Shown: positions 49,744 to 58,958 of the stretch, in pieces | How the letters are laid out: each line of letters starts with the position of its first letter | Numbering within the stretch: position 1 is the first letter of the stretch | Assembly (NCBI GenBank): GCA_037481835.1 | Contig: JBBFKW010000015.1 | Coordinates: forward strand, 1 to 64,000 | Direction of reading: 5' to 3' | From: Desulfosoma sp. | Lineage (GTDB): Bacteria > Desulfobacterota > Syntrophobacteria > Syntrophobacterales > DSM-9756 | DNA: 64,000 bases | Notes under the pieces: model-generated | The model's database searches: none | Told to the model about the DNA's origin: nothing | The model's input: the letters and a program-made list of their open reading frames with translations, nothing else | Translations under genes and position numbers: made by a program

Positions 49744-51552
49744 ATGATTCCTCCAAAAGAATTCCTTCGAAAAATCAAGCCATTTTCTTTTCTCCCCGAA
49801 GAGCACCTCGCGGCCTTGGTGGGGGGGTTGGACGTGGCCATGTACCAGGCGGGGGCCGTCATCTTCAACAAGGGGGACGTGTGCCCGTCTGTCTTCCTGG
49901 TTTTTTCGGGCCTTGTGGGACTCTACGACGGTGACGAGGTGGTGGACCTGGTCGCTAAGGGGGAAATCTTCGGCCTCCTTTCCGCCTTGCACCGGAGCCC
50001 GTCCTATTACGAAGCCCGTGCGCTGGAGGACAGCCTCTGCTACCTCATCGACGCTGAAGTCTTCGAGAGGGTCTATCAGGCGCACAGCGCCTTCGCTTCC
50101 TTTTTCAGCACGTTCATCGAACGGCGCTTTCGATCCTTCTCCATGCTCGCCCGGGATCAAGAGTCGGTCCAGGAGGGCGCGGCTTCCGTTCTCGTAGAAA
50201 CGCTTCTCACCAAGGGACCGGTCATGTGCGCCCCCGATACCCCCGTCCGGGAAGCCGTGCGCATCATGGATACCCATCGGGTGGGTTCGGTGATCGTCGT
50301 CCAAGAAGGCAAGCCCGTGGGCATCCTGACCAACAGGGACATGCGACGGGTGCTCCTTGAAGGGTCTGCGGACAGCCTGGTCAAGGAGTTCATGTCGTCT
50401 CCGGTGACGACCGTGGATCGTCGGGCTTCAGTGCTGGAAGCCTACAGCACGCTGCTCAGGACCGGGATCGACCACCTGGTCGTTGCGGACTCCGACGGAA
50501 TCTGGGGCGTGGTAACAAGCAAGGACGTGCTCTCACAGTTGGAACCGTCCTCGTCCATTCTTTCCCTGTATCGCAAGGTGCTCAAGGCCACGGACTTGGA
50601 AGAGTTGCAGAGCGCTTTTCAAGCCATTCGATTGGCCGTATCGGAAATGGCCCTCAAGGGCACCCATTTTTATCAATTGTCCCGCATGATCACCTCGGTC
50701 TACGATATGGTGGTCATCAAGGTGATTCAAAGGCACACTGGGGAGGAGGGCGAAGGACAGGATTTTCTATGGGTGCACGTGGGCAGTTCCGGCCGCAAGG
50801 AACAGATTCTCACCACGGATCAAGACAGTGCCCTCATCTGCGGTCTTTCGTGCCCGCGTGTGGACGCCGCCGAGCGCATCAGCAGCGATCTAGCAAAAGT
50901 CGGCATTCCCCAGTGCCCTGCGGGGTACATGGCCTCCAATCCCCGTTGGCATCTCAGCCTCGAGCAGTGGAAGGAGCAGTTCCGGCGCTGGTTCTTGGAA
51001 CCGATTCCGGACCATGTGCGTTACCTCACAGTGTTCTTGGACCTGCGGGGAGTCTACGGCCGGATGGAGCTGCTCGGCAGCCTCATCGATTACATTCACG
51101 AGACCGTCACCAATCAGGCAGTGCGCTTTCTTGCCTACGATGCGGCTCTTCATGAACCGCCCATCGGCATTTTCGGGATCAAACATAGGGATCGCGGGAT
51201 CGATTTGAAACGTTTCGGCATTTATCCTATTGCCAACGGCATTCGCGTGATGATCCTGGACCACAGGATGCTGCGCATCACCAACACGCGGGAACGCATC
51301 GAAGCGCTGAGGGACGGCGGCGTTTTGGGGAAAGAAACTGCAGGCGACCTCCTCGAGGCCTATGCGTTTCTCCAGGATCTTCGGTTGCGGCACCAGGCCC
51401 GGCGACTGAAACACGGCGGAGCCGAAACGAATCTTCTCATGGCTGAACATCTGGACAAGATGGATCTCCTGGTCCTCAAGGAATCCCTTAAGGTCGTGGC
51501 CTCTTTCCAGAAGAACCTCAAAGCCCGTTACGGCGTCGATCGAGGGCTTTGA
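49744..51552 (+). CDS. cNMP-binding / CBS-pair / DUF294 nucleotidyltransferase-like protein
   Basis: N-terminal cNMP fold (GEIFG, ARALEDS), CBS pair (GILTNRD, GVVTSKD), GSSGRKEQILTTDQDSAL, CPAGYMASNPRW, DLR, IDLKRFG. Confidence 0.92.
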   Translation: MIPPKEFLRKIKPFSFLPEEHLAALVGGLDVAMYQAGAVIFNKGDVCPSVFLVFSGLVGLYDGDEVVDLVAKGEIFGLLSALHRSPSYYEARALEDSLCYLIDAEVFERVYQAHSAFASFFSTFIERRFRSFSMLARDQESVQEGAASVLVETLLTKGPVMCAPDTPVREAVRIMDTHRVGSVIVVQEGKPVGILTNRDMRRVLLEGSADSLVKEFMSSPVTTVDRRASVLEAYSTLLRTGIDHLVVADSDGIWGVVTSKDVLSQLEPSSSILSLYRKVLKATDLEELQSAFQAIRLAVSEMALKGTHFYQLSRMITSVYDMVVIKVIQRHTGEEGEGQDFLWVHVGSSGRKEQILTTDQDSALICGLSCPRVDAAERISSDLAKVGIPQCPAGYMASNPRWHLSLEQWKEQFRRWFLEPIPDHVRYLTVFLDLRGVYGRMELLGSLIDYIHETVTNQAVRFLAYDAALHEPPIGIFGIKHRDRGIDLKRFGIYPIANGIRVMILDHRMLRITNTRERIEALRDGGVLGKETAGDLLEAYAFLQDLRLRHQARRLKHGGAETNLLMAEHLDKMDLLVLKESLKVVASFQKNLKARYGVDRGL

Positions 51553-52154
51553 TGCTTTTGAGTGAAGCGACCTTTGTGTCCGTGGACGTGGAAACCACGG
51601 GACTGGATGTGCGCCGTGACGAGATCATCGCTGTGGCCCTTGTGCCCATCAAGGCCATGAAGATCCGAGTTCGGGACGCCTATTATTCCTTGGTGAAACC
51701 CAGAAAATATCGACTGGAAACCATGAAATACCATGGTATCGGCATGGACGCCCTTGGGCAGGCGCCGACCTTCGAGGACATTGCTGAAGCGCTGGAACGC
51801 CGGTGCGAGGGGATTCTTGTGGGGCATTGCGTGAACATCGATTACCAATTTCTTCGGCGCCATTTCAAAAGCGCAGGCATTTCATTTCAGAGAGATATCG
51901 TGGACATCGCCGATGTGGAAAAATGGATCGGGCAAAAAACCAGCCATCGGCCCACCTGCGATGAACTCAGCCTGGACGCCTTGATCACACGATACGGCTT
52001 AAAGGAGCACTACCGCCACCACGCCTTGGCGGACGCGTTTTTCGCCGCCCAGATTTTTCAGATTCAGATGACCAAACACGGCGTGCCCGCCGTGGAGCAG
52101 CTCTTGGAGCTTCTCAGGAATCAGAAACTGTGCGACGCTTCGTTTTTGTTTTGA
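51552..52154 (+). CDS. DEDDh 3'-5' exonuclease family protein (DnaQ-like)
   Basis: VSVDVETTGLD, HGI, VGH..IDY.FL, HHALADA; ATG overlaps the upstream TGA. Confidence 0.92.
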   Translation: MLLSEATFVSVDVETTGLDVRRDEIIAVALVPIKAMKIRVRDAYYSLVKPRKYRLETMKYHGIGMDALGQAPTFEDIAEALERRCEGILVGHCVNIDYQFLRRHFKSAGISFQRDIVDIADVEKWIGQKTSHRPTCDELSLDALITRYGLKEHYRHHALADAFFAAQIFQIQMTKHGVPAVEQLLELLRNQKLCDASFLF

Positions 52155-52323
52155 AGTCGGATGCGCCCGGGTTTCTCTCCGCCGCAGTGGGGGGCGGAAA
52201 AAAGCTTTGTGATGGGGAAGCGTTGTGCTAGTCAAAAAAAGAGTGAGCCAGGCGACGAGAATGGGGCATTGAAGGGGTATCGGTAAGGGGTTACGAGTTC
52301 AACGGGTGAAAAGGAGTCGGGTT

Positions 52324-53151
52324 ATGAAAAAAGGGCTGATGGTTTTGGGGCTTGCCGTGGCGATGGTTGCGGCTGTCGTGGTGGCGGGCCGGGCGGCGGA
52401 CATTGAGCTGGCCAAGAAATCCACTTTGGAGGAGATCCTCAAGAGAGGGGAGCTGCGGGTTGGGTTTGAAGCCGGCTACATGCCTTTCGAGATGACCGAC
52501 AAGAAAGGCAATTTCGTGGGCTTCGACATCGACATGGCCAAGGAAATGGCCAAAGCCATGGGCGTGAAATTCGTTCCGGTGAACACGGCGTGGGACGGCA
52601 TCATCCCCTCTCTCATCACCGGCAAATTCGACATCATCATGAGCGGCATGACGGTGACCCAAGAACGGAATCTCAAGGTCAATTTCGCCGACCCTTACAT
52701 CATCGTCGGGCAGACCATCCTTTTGAACAAGAAACATGAAGGTGCGGTCCACTCCTACAAGGACTTGAACGATCCCAAGTACATCGTCACTTCCAAACTG
52801 GGCACCACCGGCGAACAGGCCGTCAAGCGCCTCATTCCCAAGTGCACTTACAAGTCCTTCGAAACGGAAACGGAAGCGGCTCTCGAAGTGGTCAACGGCA
52901 AGGCGGACGCCTTCGTTTATGATCTTCCCTTCTGCGTCGTCTTTTTGGCCCAACAGGGAGCCGGCAAGCTGGTGTTTTTGGATCAGCCGTTTACCTATGA
53001 ACCGCTGGCGTGGGCCGTCAACAAGGGGGATCCCGATTTTCTGAACTGGCTGAACAATTTTCTCCGCCAGGTGAAAAACGACGGCCGTTACGAGCAAATC
53101 TACAACAAGTGGATCAAGAGCACGGAGTGGATCCAGGACGTGGCCCAGTAA
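52324..53151 (+). CDS. Polar amino acid ABC transporter substrate-binding protein
   Basis: Signal peptide; GELRVG, YMPFE, GFDID, WDGIIPSL..GKFD, GMTVTQER, GTTGE. Confidence 0.93.
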   Translation: MKKGLMVLGLAVAMVAAVVVAGRAADIELAKKSTLEEILKRGELRVGFEAGYMPFEMTDKKGNFVGFDIDMAKEMAKAMGVKFVPVNTAWDGIIPSLITGKFDIIMSGMTVTQERNLKVNFADPYIIVGQTILLNKKHEGAVHSYKDLNDPKYIVTSKLGTTGEQAVKRLIPKCTYKSFETETEAALEVVNGKADAFVYDLPFCVVFLAQQGAGKLVFLDQPFTYEPLAWAVNKGDPDFLNWLNNFLRQVKNDGRYEQIYNKWIKSTEWIQDVAQ

Positions 53152-53199
53152 GAAGCACGGCGTCCCTGACGCGATGATCTGGGCTGAGGATACGGTCTC

Positions 53200-54201
53200 A
53201 TGGCGAGAGCTTCACAGCAGATGACCCGAGGGGCTTATGCCTTTTGGGTCATGGTTTTCTTCGTGATCGTTTTCGGGGTTGTGGCCGCCCTTTACTATGC
53301 CACTCGCAAGGTGGACTACGTGTGGCGGTGGTACCGCGTGCCCCAGTATTTTCTCTACAAGGAAAAGGCCGAGGTCCGTTCGGAAATCCAGGGGCGCGTC
53401 CAAGACGTTGTCCGAAACGGCGACAACGTGCTGATCCGCGTCACAGGAGATGAACAGACGGCCCAGTATACGGTTCCGGCGAAGGATATCCGGGTGGATG
53501 CCGGGGATACCGTCTATCCCGGCGATGTTTTGGGCGTGTTCCAGAGATGGAAGGTGGGCATCCTCATGCAGGGACTGTGGCTCACCCTCAAGGTGAGCCT
53601 CATTTCCATCATGTTGGGGATCGTCATCGGCCTCATCGCCGGGCTGGCCCGCATCTCTTCCAACCCGGCTCTCAAGTGGTCCGCCGTGACCTACGTGGAA
53701 ATCATCCGAGGCTCTCCCCTGCTCGTCCAGATCTTTATCTGGTATTTCGTCCTCGGCACGGTGATCAACACGCTCCTGGCCAAAAACGGCATGATGCAGC
53801 TGCCGCCCCTCTGGTACGGCGTCGCGTCCCTGGCCTTTTTTTGCGGCGCTTACGTGGCTGAAATCGTGAGGGCCGGCATTCAATCCATTCACCGAGGACA
53901 GATGGAAGCGGCCCGGTCCCTGGGGATGAGCTACCCCCAGGCCATGCGGCATGTTATTCTCCCCCAGGCCCTCCGGCGGATCCTGCCTCCCCTGGCCGGT
54001 CAGTTCATCAGCCTGATCAAGGACTCCTCCCTTCTGGGCATCATCGCCGTTCGAGAACTCACCAAGGCGACCCGGGAAGTGGTCACGACCAGCCTGCAGC
54101 CCTTCGAATTGTGGTTCATGTGCGCCCTGCTCTATCTGGTGCTCACCTTCGGGCTGTCCATGTTTGTCCAGTATTTGGAAAGGAGGACCGCGGTTTCGTG
54201 A
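53200..54201 (+). CDS. Polar amino acid ABC transporter permease (with inserted beta domain)
   Basis: [44 protein letters not shown]. Confidence 0.93.
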   Translation: MARASQQMTRGAYAFWVMVFFVIVFGVVAALYYATRKVDYVWRWYRVPQYFLYKEKAEVRSEIQGRVQDVVRNGDNVLIRVTGDEQTAQYTVPAKDIRVDAGDTVYPGDVLGVFQRWKVGILMQGLWLTLKVSLISIMLGIVIGLIAGLARISSNPALKWSAVTYVEIIRGSPLLVQIFIWYFVLGTVINTLLAKNGMMQLPPLWYGVASLAFFCGAYVAEIVRAGIQSIHRGQMEAARSLGMSYPQAMRHVILPQALRRILPPLAGQFISLIKDSSLLGIIAVRELTKATREVVTTSLQPFELWFMCALLYLVLTFGLSMFVQYLERRTAVS

Positions 54202-54929
54202 TCACGGTGGACAAGGTTTCCAAAACGTTTCATGCACCCCATGAGGTCAAAGCCCTCCAGGACGTTTCCTGTCGAGTCGCCAAGGGCGAAGTCGTGGTCA
54301 TCATCGGCCCTTCGGGATCGGGCAAAAGCACTCTGCTCAGGTGCCTCAACCGCCTGGAACATGCGGATACCGGGCACATCTACATCGACGGGGTGGACAT
54401 CCTGGACCGCAAGACCAACATCAACAAGGTCCGGGCCGAAGTGGGCATGGTGTTCCAGTCGTTCAATCTGTTTCCCCACAAGACCGTGCTGGAAAACGTC
54501 ACTCTGGCCCAGCTGGTGGTCCGCAAGAGATCCCCCAGGGAAGCCCGTGACAAGGCCATGGCCCTCTTGGAAAAAGTGGGCATTCCGGATAAGGCGGCGG
54601 TTTATCCCGATCGGCTTTCCGGAGGCCAACAGCAGCGCGTGGCCATCGCCCGGGCTCTGGCCATGGATCCCAAGGTCATGCTCTTCGATGAGCCCACATC
54701 GGCTCTGGATCCCGAAATGATTGGGGAAGTGCTGGATGTCATGAAAAACCTGGCCCGGGAGGGGATGACCATGGTGGTGGTCACCCACGAAATGGGGTTT
54801 GCCCGGGAAGTGGCCGATCGGGTGATCTTTATGGATCAGGGCCGCATTGTGGAGGAAGGCACCCCGGAACATTTCTTCACCAATCCGACGCACAATCGGA
54901 CGAAACTTTTCCTGAGCCAGATCCTTTAA
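54198..54929 (+). CDS. Polar amino acid ABC transporter ATP-binding protein (GlnQ-like)
   Basis: [41 protein letters not shown] overlap with the permease. Confidence 0.95.
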   Translation: MITVDKVSKTFHAPHEVKALQDVSCRVAKGEVVVIIGPSGSGKSTLLRCLNRLEHADTGHIYIDGVDILDRKTNINKVRAEVGMVFQSFNLFPHKTVLENVTLAQLVVRKRSPREARDKAMALLEKVGIPDKAAVYPDRLSGGQQQRVAIARALAMDPKVMLFDEPTSALDPEMIGEVLDVMKNLAREGMTMVVVTHEMGFAREVADRVIFMDQGRIVEEGTPEHFFTNPTHNRTKLFLSQIL

Positions 54930-54946
54930 ACCTGGGAGGCGAGGCT

Positions 54947-55804
54947 ATGGAAAAACATCTCCTGATCACCGTAAGCGATGAAATGTCCCATCTGTACGGG
55001 GTGCGCTTTGTGGCCAATTTCTTTCAGCAAAAGGCCTCCTGCCGCCTCACGCTCCTCTACGTGGCGCCCACGCAGATGACAGGCGACTGGAAAGCCGACA
55101 GGCCTTCCGGGCGCGCCAAGGTACCCGAAGAAACCCGGGTTCGGGGCGAAAAAGCCTTGGACCGCAGCGCCGAGATTCTCGTCGAGGCGGGCTTTGCGGA
55201 ATCCCAGATCCAGTCCAAGTTGATTCCCAAGGAAATGGAAACGGTCAAAGAGATCGTCATGGAAGCCCGGCGCGGCAACTACGACGCGGTGGTTTTGGGA
55301 CGCCGCGGCTACGCCGCCTTTGCCGGGGTGTTTTCCACGAGCATCAGCACGGAAGTGCTTCGCCAGCCGATGCCGTGCCCGCTGTGGATCTGCCGAAATC
55401 CTGGATGGGAACGGGAGCGCGTTCTCCTGTGCGTGGACGATTCCCATGCCAGCGGGCGGATCGTGGACCACGTGGGGTTCATGGTTCGGGACGAGCCGCA
55501 CAGGATCTGCTTGTTCCACGTCATCACCGATCGAGGGCGCCAGACCCGGGAAATCGTGGACAACGCCCGAAAGGTCCTGGTGGAAAACGGGGTGGCTGCA
55601 GACCGGATCGACTGGAAGATCACCGTTTCTCAAAACGTCTCCGAAGCCATCATGGACGAATGCCGGGAGGCGCCGACCTCGGTGATCGCCATGGGCCATG
55701 AAAACGACGGAAGCGGCAGCTTCTTTGGGGGCCTTTTCTCCGGATCCGTCTGTTCCGGCGTGCTCAAGCGTTTCGAAAACGGCGCCCTGTGGATTTCCAA
55801 GTAA
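54947..55804 (+). CDS. Universal stress protein (tandem USP domains)
   Basis: KHLLITV, TLLYV, YDAVVLGRRG, VLLCVDDS, IAMG..FSGSV. Confidence 0.85.
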   Translation: MEKHLLITVSDEMSHLYGVRFVANFFQQKASCRLTLLYVAPTQMTGDWKADRPSGRAKVPEETRVRGEKALDRSAEILVEAGFAESQIQSKLIPKEMETVKEIVMEARRGNYDAVVLGRRGYAAFAGVFSTSISTEVLRQPMPCPLWICRNPGWERERVLLCVDDSHASGRIVDHVGFMVRDEPHRICLFHVITDRGRQTREIVDNARKVLVENGVAADRIDWKITVSQNVSEAIMDECREAPTSVIAMGHENDGSGSFFGGLFSGSVCSGVLKRFENGALWISK

Positions 55805-55820
55805 GCGCAGGGCGGGTCGC

Positions 55821-56846
55821 TCAGGCGAGGCGAAAACGCTCGCGAAGGCGGCGGCTCAAGACCCGGATGGCCTCGAAGGCTTTTTCCACCGTCCGGGTGC
55901 CGTCCGGGTTGACCAGGCAACAAGTGGCCGGAGACAACAGGCTCTGGGCCACCAACTCTTCCGTGTCGATCCCCTTTCGGGCTAGGGTGTGCCAGAGGCC
56001 CAAGAGGCGCGTTTCCAGGGAATCGACGGATTCGGCTTCAAAAGGTTCCACGTTGGGGGGCACCATGCCCCAGATCAAAATGCCTCCCCGGTCCAGGAAG
56101 CGCCGGATCGCCCCCGCATAGGACACGAAGATCTCCCCGTTGGAATACATGTCCAAGGACAACACGTCGAGATCCAGGTTGAGCAAAAAGTCCCAGTCCG
56201 GGTTGCCGCACAGGTGAATCCCTCGGGGTCTGTCGATCTTGGCGAAGAAATCCTCCATGTCGGAGCGGGCGGTGAGGTGATTGTAGCCGCTCAGGGCGCT
56301 GAAGATGAACTGGAGGCCCGGTTCATCGACGAACATGAACGCGTTGGGGTGGAGCGCCTTGAGTCGCTTGAGCTGGACGTTGACCCTTTGGGCCATGAAT
56401 TCGAAAAGAAAGGGGCGCACCGTATCGTTGAAGAGAATGGGGCGTTCGGCTTCATCCTGCACGTTGAACCCGAAGCTCACGGGCCCTTCCAACTGCCCTC
56501 GGATCGCCGGCCGGTCGGAAAAGTCCATCTCAAGGAACCGGTGATAGACCGCCGAATAGGCCGGGCTGATGTCGAACAAGGAAGGGTCTTCGAAGCGGGC
56601 GAGGACGTCCGGGAGTTCCTCGATGAATTTTTCCGTGGAAAAGCGAAGCGTGCGATGTTCCACATCCAGCAGGATCCCCGGGAAATGCTCCGACGCCTGG
56701 ACGTACATGTCCTCGTAGTAGTTGAGCAAAGGCAGTTGGGGCCAAAAAGGGATGTCCAGGGACAGGGCCACGGAAAGGGCGCGTTCCACGTCGCGGTGCG
56801 GCATGACGGCCATGGCCGTCGTCAGCAGGTTTCCCGGTATGGGCAT
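55821..56846 (-). CDS. Core (folate-independent, MesB-like) methionine synthase family protein
   Basis: Single MetE-like barrel: MPH, PFWPQLP, EDMYVQ, GQLEGPVS, FVDEP, GIHLCG (HxC), WGMVP, LSPATCC. Confidence 0.72.
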   Translation of the reverse strand: MPIPGNLLTTAMAVMPHRDVERALSVALSLDIPFWPQLPLLNYYEDMYVQASEHFPGILLDVEHRTLRFSTEKFIEELPDVLARFEDPSLFDISPAYSAVYHRFLEMDFSDRPAIRGQLEGPVSFGFNVQDEAERPILFNDTVRPFLFEFMAQRVNVQLKRLKALHPNAFMFVDEPGLQFIFSALSGYNHLTARSDMEDFFAKIDRPRGIHLCGNPDWDFLLNLDLDVLSLDMYSNGEIFVSYAGAIRRFLDRGGILIWGMVPPNVEPFEAESVDSLETRLLGLWHTLARKGIDTEELVAQSLLSPATCCLVNPDGTRTVEKAFEAIRVLSRRLRERFRLA

Positions 56847-56979
56847 AAAGTGTCCTCCTTGTTCGGCGGTTTGGTCCGGGCGCGGCACGCCGGGTCCGGA
56901 TGGGCCGAGTCCTCAAGCGCCCCCTTTCCGGGGCCGCCCCTTCCCCTAGACTTGAAAGCTTATCGAGAAATGGCTCCTG

Positions 56980-57038
56980 CCTGGGACCGTGGGCGTCTCA
57001 CCCGCCTGTTGTGCGGTTAGAAGGTTTTCGTTCCCAGG
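56980..57038 (+). repeat. 59-bp REP-like element with CCTGGGA...TCCCAGG termini
   Basis: Same length and collinear similarity to 62702-62760. Confidence 0.6.
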
Positions 57039-57098
57039 ACAATGCGCCCCGAAACACCGGCTCGGACGCGTGCCTCGTCTCAGAAATCCGTTCAGCAT

Positions 57099-57174
57099 CC
57101 GTCGCCGTTCCCGCGAAAGCGAGGAGCCAACTTTTCCAGCCGGATATAGACTCCTGCTTTCGCGGGAGCGACGG
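57099..57174. repeat. CGTC-type REP-like inverted-repeat dimer
   Basis: CCGTCGCCGTTCCCGCGAAAGCGAGGAG ... CTCCTGCTTTCGCGGGAGCGACGG, imperfect long hairpin. Confidence 0.6.
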
Positions 57175-57198
57175 TTCGACGAGTCCTCGCCCAGGCTT

Positions 57199-58830
57199 CT
57201 AGGACCCGAGAATGGCCTTCAGATCTTCTTCCGGCGTGCTGATGGGCTTGACGTCGAAATTCTGGACGAGCACCTGCAGCACGTTGGGAGTGATGAAGGC
57301 CGGCAAAGAAGGCCCCAGCCGGATGTTCTTGATGCCGAGGGCAAACAGGCTGAGGAGGATCGCCACGGCCTTTTGTTCATACCAGGAAAGGACCAAAGAC
57401 AAGGGAAGATCGTTGACGCCGACGTTGAAAGCCTTGGACAGAGCCACGGCGATCTGCACCGCCGAATAGGCGTCGTTGCACTGCCCCACGTCCATCAAGC
57501 GCGGCAGGCCGCCGATGGTGCCCAGATCCTTGTCGAAAAACCGGAACTTGCCGCACGCCAAGGTCAGGACGACGCAATCTTGGGGGACGAGTTCCACGAA
57601 TCGCGTGTAGTAGTTCCGGCCGGGCTTGGCCCCGTCGCAGCCGGCCACCAGGAAGAAATGGCGGATGGCGCCGCTTTTCACCGCTTCGATGACTTTGTCG
57701 GCCACGCCCAGAACGGTGTTTCGCGCAAAGCCGACCATGACGTGAGCGCCGTTCACATCGTCGGCAAAGCCGGGCAGTTCCAGGGCTCTCTGGATGACCG
57801 GCGAGAAATCCCGGCGATCCACATGTCGCACCCCGGGCCAGCCCACGACGCCGCTGGTAAAGATGTTGTCCTTATAGGTTTCCTGCGGCTTTTGGATGCA
57901 GTTGGTGGTCATGAGGATGGCTCCGGGGAAAGCGGCGAATTCCTTGGCCTGGTTCTGCCATGCCGTGCCGTAGTGCCCGTAAAGGTGCTCGTACTTCTTC
58001 AGTCCCGGATACCCGTGGCAGGGAAGCATTTCCCCGTGGGTGTAGACCGTGATGCCTTTTCCTTGGGTTTGCTTGAGGAGCTCTTCCAGGTCCTTGAGGT
58101 CATGGCCGGAAACGAGGATGGCCTTCCCCTTGCGGTGTCCCAAAGGCACCTTGGTGGGGACGGGATGACCGTAAGTACCGGTGTTGGCTGCATCGAGGAG
58201 CTCCATGGCCCGGATGTTCACTTCGCCCACGCGCAGAACCCGGGCGACCCAGTCGTTCAGGGTGAGATCCAGGCGCAGCGTGTCTGCGAGGATTTCCTGA
58301 AGAGCCGCGTAGACGGCATCGTCTTCCTGGCCGAGGATCTGGGCGTGGTCGGCATAGGCGGCGACGCCCCGTAGGCCGAAAATGGCCGTGTGCTTTAAGG
58401 ATCGAATGTCCGGGTTCGGTTCGGGATCTTTGTCGAAAGCCACGGTTTCCCCCTGCCGGACCATTTCGAAAAGGGTCGATGCCGGCTGAAAAGCCGCCGG
58501 GCCGTTCCCGAAGTCCACGGTGCCGCCCGCCGCCTTCACCTTCGCCTTCAAACCTTCCCGGAGTTCCACCGTCTTTTGGATGAAACGCACCAGATCCTCA
58601 GGATCGAAGTTCACATTGGTCAGCGTGCTGAACAAGGCTTCGCACGTAAAGACGTTGACGGCTCGGTCGTTGATGCCCACCGCACGGCCCGCCACGGCCA
58701 CCTGGCTTAAGCCCTTGAGCAGATGCGTCAAAAGATCCTGCAGGGCGGCCACATCCGGTTGCTTGCCGCACACGCCCAGCTTGGTGCATGCTTCGTTCTT
58801 CGCCGTCTGTTCGCATTGGTAACAAAACAT
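57199..58830 (-). CDS. hcp: Hybrid cluster protein (hydroxylamine/NO reductase)
   Basis: MFCYQCEQT..C...GVCGK, SGHDL, YTHGEMLP, TTNC, AGCDG, LACGK, GQCND, SWYEQKA. Confidence 0.97.
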   Translation of the reverse strand: MFCYQCEQTAKNEACTKLGVCGKQPDVAALQDLLTHLLKGLSQVAVAGRAVGINDRAVNVFTCEALFSTLTNVNFDPEDLVRFIQKTVELREGLKAKVKAAGGTVDFGNGPAAFQPASTLFEMVRQGETVAFDKDPEPNPDIRSLKHTAIFGLRGVAAYADHAQILGQEDDAVYAALQEILADTLRLDLTLNDWVARVLRVGEVNIRAMELLDAANTGTYGHPVPTKVPLGHRKGKAILVSGHDLKDLEELLKQTQGKGITVYTHGEMLPCHGYPGLKKYEHLYGHYGTAWQNQAKEFAAFPGAILMTTNCIQKPQETYKDNIFTSGVVGWPGVRHVDRRDFSPVIQRALELPGFADDVNGAHVMVGFARNTVLGVADKVIEAVKSGAIRHFFLVAGCDGAKPGRNYYTRFVELVPQDCVVLTLACGKFRFFDKDLGTIGGLPRLMDVGQCNDAYSAVQIAVALSKAFNVGVNDLPLSLVLSWYEQKAVAILLSLFALGIKNIRLGPSLPAFITPNVLQVLVQNFDVKPISTPEEDLKAILGS

Positions 58831-58902
58831 GGGTGCCTCCTTTTGTGTTGTGCGTCCTCTCATGCGGCATCACAACGCCGCTTTTCCGCCTTCGATGAGC
58901 AC

Positions 58903-58944
58903 ACCATAAGACGGCGCGGCACCGGAATCCTTGACCTAGGTCAA
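58903..58944 (-). promoter_or_regulatory. CRP/FNR-family (HcpR-type) binding site and class II promoter for hcp
   Basis: Perfect palindrome TTGACCTAGGTCAA at 58931-58944; minus-strand -10 TATGGT at 58908-58903 puts the site centre at -41.5. Confidence 0.75.
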
Positions 58945-58958
58945 AAGGGCGAGATTTT

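Noticed and set aside
56847..57198. SAM riboswitch upstream of the methionine synthase-like gene
   Set aside because: No S-box core motifs recognised; the structure present is explained by two repeat elements.
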